From Eledone cirrhosa (taxonomy: Eukaryota), in NCBI GenBank assembly GCA_964016885.1, contig OZ024742.1:244962001-245026000 (forward strand): a DNA stretch of 64,000 nucleotides, given 5' to 3'. Position numbers and translations under genes: made by a program. Each line of letters opens with the position of its first letter. Within the stretch, counting starts at the first letter, position 1. The notes beneath the pieces are model-generated. The model ran no database searches and was not told the origin of the DNA. It saw only the letters and a list, made by a program, of their open reading frames with translations. This document shows positions 51,702 to 64,000 of the stretch, one piece after another.

Positions 51702-52059
51702 ACACACCACACACCACACACCACACACCACACACCACACACACACACACACACACTAAACCCGAAGTTCTTTAACTCGGAGAAGTTTCATGATTCCTGG
51801 GTGAAATTTGCGGAGTTTAGTGAGGAAATTGTTTATCATTATTAAGTGTTTTTCCTAGATTTATTTTTCTTCCAGTTTTTTTTCAGGGTAGTAGTTTATT
51901 TTATTCACAAAGTTAGCTTAAAAAAACATTGGTGATTACATAAATATGAAAAATAAATATAAAAGCAAAATTAAGTAAAGAAGGGCTGATCTGGTTGTAT
52001 GGGAAAATAGAGGAAAGAACTATAAATGCCATAAATAAGAGGGAAAAATCAAGGTTTGT

Positions 52060-52490
52060 TGGGCCACAGAAGAAAGGAGGGGTAGAGGGTGATGGGCATT
52101 TCCGTGGACAATGGCTAGCGACCCCCTCCCCCTCGAGGGGATCCACCCTCAGACGGGCTGCTGATGTTCTGATTTTGCGGAGGAGCTCGGTAGTACGGGG
52201 TCCGAGGACGACTGAGGTCTCGACGGCGACCGATGCGAAGAGGAGGCGGCCGGACAATCCCCTGTATTTGTTTGTCACCCTGTCCTCTGCATTGCAGCCT
52301 GCAGTACCGAGTTTGTGACCGAAGCGACTAAGTTGGAGGCAGAGAACGTGTCACAACATGTCGCGTCCCAGATGAGGGATTTACCTCCTTCGAATGGGAA
52401 AAGGGTAATCCCGTCGGAACGCTTGCTGCCTCCGTGGCCGAGGCCTGCTGGCTCCAATTGTTATGGGAAGCCAGTGGCATCCAAGCTCCT
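52060..52490 (-). mobile_element. CRE-like LINE RLE fragment
   Basis: EPAGLGHGGSKRSDGITLFPFEGGKSLIWDATCCDTF..VAVETSVVLGP. Confidence 0.8.
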
Positions 52491-52851
52491 CTTTCTTATT
52501 GATTATACGGATGCTATATTCTTAAATGAATATAAGGTTATTAATTTTACGAATTAAATTGTGTTGTATACAAGACAACTCTTTTCTTATATATGGGGAA
52601 AACCAGAATGGTGAATTAGTAAAAAGAAATTGTGGTGAGGAGATATTGAGAAAAAAGTTACAAAATATTGACCTTAAACCCTCATTTATTCGTCTTGTAT
52701 CAATATATTTTACAAAACGTGCCGGTATTTTTATTCTTTGCAATTGAAGCTGCGAATAGTTCTAAAGTTAAGAAGTTCTCTTCACAACGTTTTCACGTAA
52801 ATCCAGTAGTACAGCAAATATGTTATAATCTATTCAATACACATATATATA

Positions 52852-53046
52852 CAGACCTGTCAACTCTCCCCGTCAGACGGGTAGATCTCCCACCCACTTT
52901 GGGGTGTGTGAGAGGTGTCTTCTGTTGTGAAATGGGTATAGCTTTCATTATGTAAAATCTCCCTATTTTCCCTCATTTCTCCCCGTTTTGGGGAACCTTT
53001 TTTTCATGGTACTCCCTGTTTGGGTTTTTAGAGGCTGGCAGGTCTG
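52852..53046. mobile_element. MITE, probably hAT
   Basis: TIRs CAGACCTGTCAAC / GGCTGGCAGGTCTG in a TA-rich site. Confidence 0.65.
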
Positions 53047-53707
53047 TATATAATTGCTTTACTAAATCATATATACACAGGCAGCGACTCCAAAGAGGTA
53101 GTGCAAAGTAAAAATACACAAATGCAACTGACTTGAACTGTAAAGTTTGTGCGCTTCGATTAGAAAACAAACATTTTTTTTTCTTCTCTTCTCTCAAAGT
53201 CGCAGCTTTGAAACATTAGTTTCCTCTTTTCCTGCACGACAAACAAAATCATTCAAACTCACAAAATGCACTGTATATTTGACATCTCCCTTATTATCAG
53301 TTTCCTTGAATTCTCTTCGTTTAAACTAAGTAGGACCAAGGATGAAGCCTCTACATGGCCGTTTGACTCACTAGAAATAGCAGCCAAATCACACCTTAAA
53401 ATAAATGGGAGGATACACTACAAAGTGACGGCTGGTATGCTTTTGATCATTGTTCTGCCCAGTCACAGTTGACCAATGGTTAAACAACAACAGCTATACC
53501 AACGTGAACGGTAAACTCACCAAAATATTTATATGATTTGGTAGTTGTAACATTCATGTAAAGATCCGAAGCTGTTGTTTGTTGGCTTATTTTAGGACCA
53601 TTTTCTTTTTAAAGGTAAGAAATATTATTGCAGAGGGTAAGGCATGCATTCTTAGGAGTTCATTAGAAATACGGAATTAATTTAATTTAATAACAAATAA
53701 CAAATAA

Positions 53708-53770
<63 letters not shown>

Positions 53771-54050
53771 ACATGAACTGGATGCTTTAACTGTGGTCCT
53801 GATTTTGAAACAACAACAATTCTATTCTTATATAGGTTCTGTTTATAAAAGGTTTGCTATGTTTATTTTGTGACCAGTTAGATATCTTACCTCACTAAGT
53901 TTTGGCAATTAAACATCCTCCCACTCCACAAACCACTTGCTTCGTATTTTAACACTATCTTCTCCCCGTTCTCATAATTTTGGTAACTTAAGCTCTCTAT
54001 CGGGAAGTTGCTAAAGTGATCCGATTTTTTAGAACCTCTTGACCTAATTT

Positions 54051-54778
54051 TCTGAAGTGATAATAATTCTTTCTACTTTTGGCACCAGGCCAGCAATTAC
54101 CTCAGTGCATTACTGGTCCTTTATTTTATCGACCCCATAAGGATGAAAGTCAAAGTTAACCTCGGCGGGATTTGAACTCAGAACGTAAAGGGCCATAACT
54201 CTATGTGCCCGACGCTCTGCCGATACTGCCAATCCACCGCCATCTGAAGTGATAATAATGGCTTCTTATATAGGCACAAGGTCAGCAATTTTGGAGGAGG
54301 GGAAAGTCAATTAAATCGACCCCGGTGCGCGACTGGTAGTTTATTTTATCGACCCCGTAAGGATGAAAGGCAAAGTTAACCTCGGCAGGATTTGAACTCA
54401 GACCGTAAAGGGACGTAACTATGCTAGAAAGCATGGCGTCCGACTCTCTACCGATACTGCCAATTCCCGAAGTGATAATAATGACGCGTTGTTGAGGCGT
54501 TTTGTAGTAGTCAGCAACGGATCATATAAATGATATAACTAATAAAACCATCACCAGATTTTAAAATAATTGTTTCTACTTTTGGCACAAGGCCAGCAAT
54601 TACCCAGTACATTACTGGTACTTTATTTTATCGACCCCGTAAGGATGAAAGGCAAAGTTAACCTCGGCGGGATTTGAACTCAGATCATAAAGGGACGTAA
54701 CTCTATGCTTCAAAGCATTGTGTCTGACTCTCTATCGATACTGCCAATCCACCGCCTTAAACCAGATTTTAAAATAAT
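54051..54778 (-). mobile_element. Cluster of three SINE family A copies
   Basis: (TCT)GAAGTGATAATAAT at 54051, 54243, 54469; ACCAGATTTTAAAATAAT at 54553 and 54761. Confidence 0.85.
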
Positions 54779-55307
54779 GGTTGAATTCTGGTTGTCCTCA
54801 TTGTTTATTTCATTTGTGATACATCTGTCGTTCTGTCTTGATTTGTATTTTGCTTTCAATAAACCTTCCTAATTTATACGTGTTTAGTTTTGTTTTACAT
54901 GTGTTTAGAATATTTGTCTGTCAAATTAGTGGCATAAAAATTACGTGTAGATGAAGATAAAAACGATTTTCTTGTTATTTTCAGATGTTAAATTGCTTTC
55001 GGAATAGCTGTGGGAATGACTTGGTCAACATACGTCCTGTCTATCTCAGCATCAAATGCCGCATATGTGGACATTAATTTAAAGAATATCAATTTTCACA
55101 CCTGAGAACAAAGTGCAGGTTAAAATGGGACACTGTTCTCAGATATTTCGATATTTCAAACACTCTAAAGACCCTGTCAAATCCTCGCAGGGTCCACAAA
55201 AAGAAAAAACAAACAAATCCACATTACGTGTCACAAAGGTAAGATGCACCTGGTTCTCTATTTTAATTATGCCAGTATCAATCTCCGAATACAAAATCTT
55301 CAATTGA

Positions 55308-55492
55308 GTATTGATAATTGGCCAATAGCTGCTTATTTTCCAATAGCTACTTGTATTGATTATTTTCAAATAGCTACTTGTATTGATGATTTTCCAATAA
55401 CCACCTGTATTAATTATTTTGTAATAGCTGCTTGTATTGATCATTTTCCAACAGCAACTTACATTGATTATTTTCCAATGGCTTTGTATTGT
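55308..55492. repeat. 27-bp degenerate tandem repeat, about 6-7 units
   Basis: Unit TTGTATTGATTATTTTCCAATAGCTAC. Confidence 0.85.
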
Positions 55493-56601
55493 TAATGCTG
55501 ACTTTTCTTTTAATGCATAATTTTACGTTTTTATTTATTTTTCTTATGTTTATACTTCAAAATCAAAACACGTGTAAATAAACTGTAATACCCTTTGAAG
55601 GTATGTCTGAAAATAATCTCAAATATAGAACTTTGTCCGAAGGTGTTTTTTTTTTCTTTTGTGATAAGCGCCCCCCCCCCCCCCCCCCCATATCTACCTA
55701 CACCTTGGCATGGTGGTGACAAAGGATTAGTCATTTGTTTTTCACAGAGGATATAAATTGTTTTACATGCCCAACCTTAAATGCCTCTTTAAAATGCCAA
55801 GTCAAACTATAAATATATGCACAGGCACAGGTTGGTCTTCAACCTATTTGTATTTATCGTTGTTGTGGTATAAGTATAGCCACTGCTTTTGATTGCTTTT
55901 CTTTGTGTCATACTTTCTTAATTTTGAGTCTACTCTGGACGAAAATGTATTAACTTTTCGTTCCATTGAGTGCTTTGTGATCGCTTCAAACAATTCGATT
56001 AGTATCTGCTATATTGTGTTACGACTTTGTAGAATTGTTATATATAGGGTATAAATGGAACATGATTCGTAGTTGTTCACCAGGAAAGCAAGTAAACTGA
56101 CAGAATCACAGTTTGAACTAAACAACTTATCCGGGATGAAGGTAAATAAGGTAGGAAATTGTGGGGTTATAGGTGGTGCACTGGAATTAACAGGAGGAGC
56201 GACGTCACGTGAGCCGAGAGGCAAAACAACAGTGCCGCGTTCCTCGTGGGGATGTGTGTCTGTGAGCTAGTGTAAAACCCAGAATATCTGGCCAGAGTCG
56301 GGCTGAGTATAGTTCGTGGATTACGCAGCTAGACTACAGTGACGTTTAGGGGAAGAATGCCAAGGCGTGCAATTTTACGTTTCTCCCCTACACAATGGTA
56401 TTCAGAAACAGTGAAAGTAGAAAGGTACTACACATATGCTGCTATAGGAAAACTTCCCGGAGAAGCCATGTACTCGGTAGAGTTTGTTGAAACTGTAGGA
56501 TGGATGTCTTTGATAGCAGGTTTTTTATGGTATCCAAGAAGCTGGGTATCCAACCCAATTATTTCTCTGTCCCGGCGCATATATATACACATGCATACAT
56601 G

Positions 56602-59600
56602 TTTAGGAAATTAGTATCAATGTATATAAATATTATCAAGAATGACAATAAATGCAGGTGAGAGTTGTGACATGGTTTTACTTCACAGAAGTCAAATAAA
56701 TTGTTATAAAGAATTGTTACCACATGTTGATATTCAGGTGGTCACAGCTCCCAGACTGGAGTGTGTGGAGGAGAACAGAAAATCTTCTCTTGGTAAGGTT
56801 CAAGTGTTTCTTTAGGCTGCCGGTGTTCTTCTTCTTGGGTGCAAAGGAAGTGAAACAGGAGTCATCTCTTGACAAGATCTCAGGTGTTCTTGTCCCTTCA
56901 AAGTTCAGGAGTAGAGTGTGTCTTATGCCTTGATTGTCTTCGACTATATAGTCCCCAGGGGGACGCAACTCCGTTTAGTACATGAATCTGCCGCTGGGAG
57001 TCGCGCCCGTCGCAAAGGGACGTAACTCCTATACGTGCTGAGTCACAGGCGTAAGGAGCCGCTACAGTACCCTCCCCCAGACGCTAGGCGAAAAGCCCGA
57101 AGGTAACTGTAGCGAACCCACAAGCATGGGCTCCCAGCACAGGCATGAAATATCAACGCAAGGGGTACATGTATGAAATCAGGCATAAAATGGTAAAGAA
57201 AAGGTACATAGTAATACAATAAAGAGAAAAACAAAAAAAAGGCTCCAGTGGCCAGTTCACATGAAAAAAGTTTGGCAGAGTTTGTTTCCAAAAAGGCTCC
57301 AGTGGCCAGTTCATATGATAAAAGTTTGGAAGAGTTTCTTGGGCCAGTGGACTCTTCGACCGGAACGGGTCGTGGTCTTGTATGTAGGTGAAGGTGGGGC
57401 AGAAGGAGCAGGTGTATGCACAAGAGAGAAAGATTGGGGTATTTGTGGCTCGGGTGTATGAGCGTCATTGTATGCCCTTTTTAGTCTATCAACCGCAATG
57501 GTCTCTCTGGATCCCTTAATGTCTACAGTGAAATGTTTATCAGAACGAGCTAATACACGGTGGGGTCCAGAGTACGGTTGTATGAGAGGTGGTCTCACGG
57601 CATCGTTTCTAACGAACACATGGGTCCACGAGGCAATATCCCTCGGGACTGCAGCTTTAATAGTTTGTTTCCTAGTATTCATGGGCGGTAAGTCCTGAAA
57701 ATAGGAGCGCAAACGAGATACGTAGGAAACAGGGTCCTGGAAAGCAAGATCAACAGGAGCAAGCATTTCCCCAGGCAACGCTAGAGGAGCACCATACAGT
57801 AATTCGGCCCGGAAGAACCCAAGGTCCTCCTTTATTGATAACCGAATTCCTAACAACACAATAGGAAGGTACTTGCTCTAACGTTGAGAGTCTGGATAGG
57901 CGCGAAGAGCGGCCTTTAATTGGCGGTGGATTCGTTCCACCTTTCCGTTTGAAGTAGGATGATAGGCTGTGGTCCGAATCCGTTGAGCGCCAATGATCTT
58001 TGTGAGCTCAGAGAAAAGATCTGTGGTGACTATAGTTGGTCCTCCAAAGCGGGTAATCCACCCTGATACCAGGGCATGCGCTACAGTCTCGGCAGTTATA
58101 TCTTGTAAGGGGATGGCTTCAGGCCATCGCGAAAAACGATCGATACAGGTCAAGAGGTACGAATATCCACTGCTGAATGGCCAAGGTCCAACGATGTCAA
58201 TGTGGAAGTGTTGAAACCGAGCATCTGGAGTACTGAAAGTACCAAGTGGAGTCCGAATGTGTCTGTGGACTTTAGATTTTTGACACTGTGCGCAGGAACG
58301 GCAACAGACAGTAATTTCTCGCCTCATATTGGGCCAGAAAAATCTAGCCGTTATAAGCTTTACTGTGGCAGAAATTCCTGGGTGAGAAATGCTGTGCAAA
58401 GCAAGGAACACAATTCGACGGTGAGTCTCAGGAACAAGTGGTCGTGGTGAATCTGTAGATACATCACATAGAATCTGCCTGTCGACAAGGGCAGATGTTT
58501 GAAGATGCAAGTCGCAAATTCGGCAGAAAGAGTATCCAACGATTGGAGTGCAGGTTGGTCTGCAGCTAAACGATCTAAGTCGTTCTCCTGGAATGACGAG
58601 ATGGAGCTGATTGGCAAACGTGACAATGCGTCTGCAGCTATGTTATGCGAACCAGCAATGTGCTGGATATCATTTGTAAATTGCGAAATGTAGTCCAGGT
58701 GCCTTGTCTTTTTGGGCGAATATCTGTCGGCTTTAGCCCTCAAAGCGAAGGTCAAAGGTTTGTGGTCGGTTAAAACTGTAAAATTTCTCCCCTCAAGAAT
58801 ATGAGAGAAATGTTTAACCGACAGATATATGGCTAATAAAACGTGCTGTAACGCATTTCTGCTGGTTTCAGCTTCCTCGAGAAAAATGCCAAAGGTTGTT
58901 GGTTTCCAGCGTTGAACTGCTGTAAAACTGCTCCCACAGCGGTATCAGATGCATCAACACAAAGCGAAAGCTTGGCCTCTGATACCGGATGGGCTAGCAA
59001 AGATGAACTAGCGAGTGCTGTCTTGGCAGTCTGGAAGTCTTGAAGTTGTCCTTGTGTCAAGGAAATATCCTCATTCTTCTTACGACGATTTTTCAAAATG
59101 TCAGTAAGGGAAGATAGCAAATTAGCACAATGAGGAATGAAACGCCTATAGAAATTGATAAGGCCTAAGAAGTGACGCAACTGGTGAAGTGTAGTAGGCG
59201 GAGGTAAATCCTGTATGGCTTGAACTCGCTGAGGGAGCGGCCTAATACCTTCGGCGTCGATGAGGTGGCCTAAAAAATTTAGCGAAGTGGAACCGTAAAC
59301 ACACTTTGCAGGATTCACACGAACGCGGTAATCCTGAAGTCGCCGAAATAAGAGATGCATGTGGCGCATATGCTCTTCCGGAGAGGAACTAGCGACGAGA
59401 ATATCGTCTATGTAAGCATAAATAAAGTCCAGACCACGAGTGACTTTGTCTATGAACCGCTGAAAAGTGCTAGCGGCGTTCCTGAGTCCAAAAGGCATGG
59501 TCAAAAATTCGAAGGATCCGAAAGGAGTTCTAATCGCCGTTTTCGGAATATCCTCCTTCGTGACCGTAATTTGGTGGTAGGCTCGCACTAAATCTAGTTT

Positions 59601-60102
59601 TGAGAAAATCTTACACCCCTGCAATGAAGATGCGAAATCGTGGAGATGGGGAATGGGATACCTATCCAGGACGGTCATAGCATTTAACCTCCTATAATCC
59701 CCAGTGGGTTTCCAGTCGCCGGAAGTCTTGGGCACCATGTGTAACGGTGAAGCTCAAGGACTCGTAGATGGGCGAATAATGCCCAGCTGCAGCATATGGT
59801 CGAACTCGGACCGTGCTGCCTTTAATTTGTCCGCCGGTAAGCGGCGTGGACGTGAGAACACTGGGGCGCCAGTTGTAGAGATAAAATGCTCCGTTGTGTG
59901 AGTCGGTTCGACAACTCGAAAATTTCCCTGAGTAAGCTGTGGGAAAGAATTCAACAATGCATGATAGGGATTCTCAGCATTAGCGATGAAAAAGGTCGGG
60001 CTAACCTTTGGAAAATTAGCTTTCTGCCGCTGGGAGTCGTACCCGTCGCAAAGGGACATAACTCCTATACGTGCTGAGTCACAGCCGTAAGGGGCCGCTA
60101 CA
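56602..60102 (-). mobile_element. Degenerate, internally deleted CsRn1-clade Gypsy element
   Basis: Pol remnants homologous to the 15441-18617 protein; 80-bp LTR segment at 56987-57066 repeated at 60023-60102 (5 mismatches); PPT GGGGGAGGGTAC (57067-57078, minus); candidate TSD CATG (56598-56601, 60103-60106). The left boundary is less certain. Confidence 0.8.
57311..60020 (-). pseudogene. pol: Frameshifted pol pseudogene (RT-RH-IN); gag and protease deleted
   Basis: Consecutive ORF fragments 59754-60125, 58833-59738 (YIDD), 58360-58755 (ADALSR), 57878-58510 (integrase), 57311-57859 (ends [15 protein letters not shown] like the intact copy), separated by frameshifts and stops. Confidence 0.9.
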
Positions 60103-60310
60103 CATGTATATACATATTTACACATTTTTGGATGGCCGTTGACTCTTATGAGTTCTTCCGCCCTTTGTCAGGTTTTGTTTTTTGTCGTGTAGGGTGTCCA
60201 AAATCACCCTCTTCACCAAGTAAACTTGGTGGGGTTGCCGGTTTAGTCGCCGACGACCCGACCATGCGACAGGTTACATGTTACCAGTAACACTCAAGAG
60301 TGACCCGACA

Positions 60311-60943
60311 TACATACATACATACCTACATACCTACATGGTGGCTGCCAACTCGTTGTCGAGTACGGCCACTACTTTATATCCATCTAGGAGAACCCCT
60401 ACCGATGCGCTAAACAAGTGGGACTTTTAGTCCAGCCAGCGACTTGAAAACTCTGGTACAAACACTACAGCTGTGCCAATTATTGACACATAGTGCTGGG
60501 CCCATGGCACAATGTGACGACAAGTGCAGAGATCTCCAGATATAAAGCAATGCCTGTGCCGTGAAGCTTTTATAGTGAACAAAGGCACTGCACAAAGCCA
60601 GTCCCACTCTCTTAACCAAGATGATATTTACCAAAAAGAAGAACAAGTCAACATCATTGGATACCATCAGGGTTGCAGGTGTTATATCAGAGTTTTCCTT
60701 CTCCTAGAATTCTGCCTTGACAAAGGCTAAGGGGTCATCTCTCCCGCTGATTTTGGATGGCCATTGACTCTTAAGAGTTCCTTTGCTCTTTGACAGGTTT
60801 TGTTTTTAGTCCTGCAGGATGTCCAAAGTCCCCCTCCTCACCAAGAAACCTTGGTGGGGTTGCCAGTTTAGTCGCCAACGACCCGACCATGAGACAGGTT
60901 GTACTGGGATACATGTTACCAGTAGCACCAACTGGTGACTTGA
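60311..60943 (-). mobile_element. Internally deleted RTE-derived element (putative 5' end joined to 3' end with (ATGT)n tail)
   Basis: 60752-60943 is repeated at 60127-60310; 3' part encodes CSVCTRVFKSLAGLK (C2H2-like); tail at 60311-60340. Confidence 0.55.
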
Positions 60944-60944
60944 C

Positions 60945-60979
<35 letters not shown>

Positions 60980-61048
60980 TACATGTGACATACTGAGAAC
61001 TGCAATCAGTGGTAAAGTGGAGGCGTTATCGGTAGAGATATTTGTGAA

Positions 61049-61262
61049 GGCGCGTGGCCGAGTGGTTAGAGAATTGGATTCGCAATCGTGAGGTTGTGAG
61101 TTCGATTCCTGAATCAGGCGATGCGTTATGTCCTTGAGCAAGACACTTTATTTCACGTTGTCCCATCTATCTGGAGTTGCGACTGATAGATAGTATTAGC
61201 AATTGGAAAGACCAATGGAAACATTGTTTCCTCGGTCCGATTTGATGGTAGTCGATCGACTG
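61049..61262 (+). mobile_element. SINE family B, intact 5' head
   Basis: GGCGCGTGGCCGAGTGGTTAGA..GAGTTCGATTCC..CCTTGAGCAAGACACTT. Confidence 0.8.
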
Positions 61263-61679
61263 ATATATATTAGTTAATGGAAGTGACGGTGGGGATTGTG
61301 GCTGCGGTACTGAGGGAGAAAAAGGACTGTCTTCTGCTAAACCGAACTCTTTACAAATAAGTCAATTTCCAGTTAGATTACCTAAGTAAATGAAAATGAA
61401 TACAGTACAAGGTCAAAATCCGGCACTCTCTCAGGCTGGAAAATTAACTGATGTTTTTATTGGGGTAGTTTATAAGCAAAGCAAACAAAAAAAGAAAAGC
61501 AATCACTAAAAACATTGTATATAACGAAGTATTACATTAATGGTATAAATTATGTTACTGGTAATTAATGGTATAATAATTCAAATGATACAACAATGAA
61601 ACAACAAATATATGTCAGAGTATTTATTGTCTTAATTTTCAACAACCACAGAAATTCTACTAGTTCAGTTAGTTTACAG

Positions 61680-61940
61680 CTAATTACATAATAGACGTCG
61701 TTAAACATAACAAAATAAGAATTTTTGCAGATGATTCTAAGTTGCAGAAGGTCATCAACGGAGTGGGAAACTTGGAATACTTTCAATTGAATCTATAAGC
61801 TGTTATTCAGTGGTCGGAGAAAAACAATAGAATGTTATAAAAGGGAAAAAAATTAAGTTAATCCACTTTAGAAAAGGGGACGTACTTAAACAACCATATT
61901 CTCTTCATTCGGCAAAAATCCCTGTGATATCAAATTATCA
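61680..61940 (+). pseudogene. Degraded RT fragment of the same CR1-type LINE family
   Basis: Reads ..[24 protein letters not shown].., similar to the reverse complement of about 63180-63450. Confidence 0.75.
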
Positions 61941-62178
61941 AAATTTGTGTTGGTGCTCTGAAATAGCGATGTATATATGAATGTACGTATTGTATATTTA
62001 ATAATTGTTTCTACTTTTGGCACAAGGCCAGCAATTACCCAGTACATTACTGGTACTTTATTTTATCGACCCACTGTATGTTCATTTAAAAACATTTTGA
62101 AGGCCTTTCACTATAAATTCAAGGTAGCGACAATAGTCACATCCCTAGCTTCAGCAAAAATAAAGGGAAATAATCTCC

Positions 62179-62251
<73 letters not shown>

Positions 62252-62322
62252 GTATATATTTATATGTATATATATATATATATGTATATATTTATATATA
62301 TATATATATATGTATATGTATA

Positions 62323-62371
<49 letters not shown>

Positions 62372-62382
62372 GTATATGTATA

Positions 62383-62430
<48 letters not shown>
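62179..62430. repeat. (TA)n/(TATG) microsatellite
   Basis: About 250 bp; many shorter (TA)n, (CA)n and (CT)n tracts throughout the window (e.g. 4090-4158, 51626-51756, 53711-53770). Confidence 0.95.
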
Positions 62431-64000
62431 ACTTTGAATAACTTTGAAATGTTTTGGCCAGTATTGGCCCAGGCCATGTCTAACTTAATAGCACCACCTG
62501 GCGAAGTCTTTCAATTCAGGATTTGGGCACCATGGCCCATTCGAGAAGAGAATTACTGTTTGCGGAGACATATCCGGGTGTGGGTGGTTTGTCCGGGATT
62601 ACTTGGAGGAATTTGTCCAAAGATTTCTTGAATTTTGTGTGGTCAGTTTCTGTTTTGACGTGTCCTGGTGTGATGTTGAAGAGAGCAGGGCCGATTGAGG
62701 TGAAATAATTGTGCCGTATTGTTGTTATGAGTTGCGATTTAGATTTTTGAATGGGACGGATAGCACGGGGCCCAAGCCTTGGGTGTATCTTGAAGGCGAT
62801 GCCAACATCATTTGGGCAGTGATGATGGAACATTTTCCACATCATGCAGATAATATAACGCTCACGGCGACGTTGGAGTGAGTAAAGTTTCAGGTTTTCC
62901 AATCGACCCCAGTAGTCAAGGTCTGACATGCCATCTATCTTTTTTGTGATTGCCCTTTGAGGAGCTTCAAGTTTCATGATACTTTGTTTCGTGTGGGGAG
63001 ACCACAGTGGACAACAGTATTCAAGGTGTGGTCGGGCGAAAGTAGAGAAGAGAAGGATAATGGTGCGGGAATCTCTCGACTGGAAGGTTCTGAGGATCCA
63101 GGAACACATTCTGCGGGCCATGTCAACTTTGCTGCTTATATGCGTGGTCCAGCTTATGTTGCTGTCCACGGTTACTCCCAAGTCTCTGATGTTGTTAGAT
63201 GCCACGAGAGTTTCCCCGGAGGGAAGGGAGTACGGGAGTTTCAGAGCATCCTCTTTTCCAAAGTGGATCAGTTCGAATTTGTCTTCGTTCAGTAACATGT
63301 TGTTCTTTTCTGCCCATTGGGTAACAGCCAGTAGGTCTGACTGAAGGCTTATCCGGTCATCCACGCCATTGATGACCTTTTGGAGCTTGGAATCATCAGC
63401 GAAAATTTTAATGTTGCTGTGTTTGATGATGTCAGTGATGTCATTAATATAGATGATGAAGAGAAGTGGGCCCAACACAGTGCCTTGTGGGACTCCACTA
63501 CTGACTTTGGCTGGGCTTGATTTGACTCCCTCAACTACAACATGTTGGGTTCTGTTTGACAGGAAGCTCTTGATCCACTGCAGCAGCTTTCCAGTGACAC
63601 CAATATTGGACAGCTTTCTCAGTAGAAGGTTATGATCAACCCTGTCAAAGGCCTTGCTGAAATCAAGGTAGATAACATCAGTGTTGGAACCCTCTCCCAA
63701 GGCTCTCAAAATGTCATCAAAGTGATGCAGTAGTTGCGTCAGGCAATCCCTTCCATTACGGAATCCATGCTGGTTGGAGTTCAGCATATTGTTACTCTCA
63801 AGGAAGTGGGTCATTCGCGATCTCACCACTCGCTCAAATACCTTAATGATATGAGAGGTGAGTGAGATTGGACGGTAATTCACGGCAAGGGATTTGTTTC
63901 CCTTTTTGAAAACTGGGACAACAGACTGGGATAGAAGGTTTTCTGGCACATATCCAGCATCCAGTGAGTTCCGCCACAGATTGGCAAGAGGAGAAGCAAG
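62429..64000 (-). mobile_element. Young CR1-type LINE with short 3' UTR and (TTCAAAGTTA)2 tail abutting a TA array
   Basis: Intact ORF2 3' part; tandem 10-mer tail near 62429-62448 next to (TA)n. Confidence 0.8.
62516..64000 (-). CDS. CR1-type LINE ORF2, reverse transcriptase and C-terminal region (5' part outside window)
   Basis: 477-aa open frame in the ORF track: [53 protein letters not shown]. The element runs to the window edge. Confidence 0.9.
   Translation of the reverse strand, partial: LASPLANLWRNSLDAGYVPENLLSQSVVPVFKKGNKSLAVNYRPISLTSHIIKVFERVVRSRMTHFLESNNMLNSNQHGFRNGRDCLTQLLHHFDDILRALGEGSNTDVIYLDFSKAFDRVDHNLLLRKLSNIGVTGKLLQWIKSFLSNRTQHVVVEGVKSSPAKVSSGVPQGTVLGPLLFIIYINDITDIIKHSNIKIFADDSKLQKVINGVDDRISLQSDLLAVTQWAEKNNMLLNEDKFELIHFGKEDALKLPYSLPSGETLVASNNIRDLGVTVDSNISWTTHISSKVDMARRMCSWILRTFQSRDSRTIILLFSTFARPHLEYCCPLWSPHTKQSIMKLEAPQRAITKKIDGMSDLDYWGRLENLKLYSLQRRRERYIICMMWKMFHHHCPNDVGIAFKIHPRLGPRAIRPIQKSKSQLITTIRHNYFTSIGPALFNITPGHVKTETDHTKFKKSLDKFLQVIPDKPPTPGYVSANSNSLLEWAMVPKS

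Noticed and set aside
54985-55238. Exon-like segment with good TTTTCAG acceptor and AAG|GTAAGA donor
   Set aside because: Stops in all three frames; could be a non-coding exon but cannot be supported without RNA data.
61049-61120. tRNA gene
   Set aside because: The tRNA-like head runs into a SINE body found in several copies, so it is a SINE.
61977-62631. Tyr/Ile-rich ORFs
   Set aside because: Translations of a TA microsatellite.

Overview
AT-rich, microsatellite-dense eukaryotic DNA. The SINE families and repeat landscape suggest an octopod cephalopod (inference). No convincing host protein-coding gene is visible; almost everything interpretable is mobile or repetitive DNA. Contents: (1) a very young full-length Ty3/Gypsy LTR retrotransposon of the CsRn1 clade (14817-20564, minus; 402-bp LTRs with one mismatch, ACGT TSD, tRNA-Trp PBS, CHCC Gag, -1 frame pol); (2) an older, internally deleted relative (56602-60102); (3) a CR1-type LINE running off the right end, plus RTE-like, CRE-like and R4/Dong-like LINE fragments; (4) roughly 25-30 tRNA-derived SINE copies and several MITEs; (5) minisatellites, one grown out of a SINE and carrying a 648-bp higher-order period. 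The most notable signal is at least seven fold-back (inverted-repeat) elements, mostly in or beside (TA)n tracts. Four of them contain readable minimal type-I hammerhead ribozymes of the kind found in Penelope-like element pLTRs, and one duplicates about 700 bp of neighbouring DNA, including a SINE, from the predicted cleavage site. All comparisons were made by eye; no searches or folding were run.
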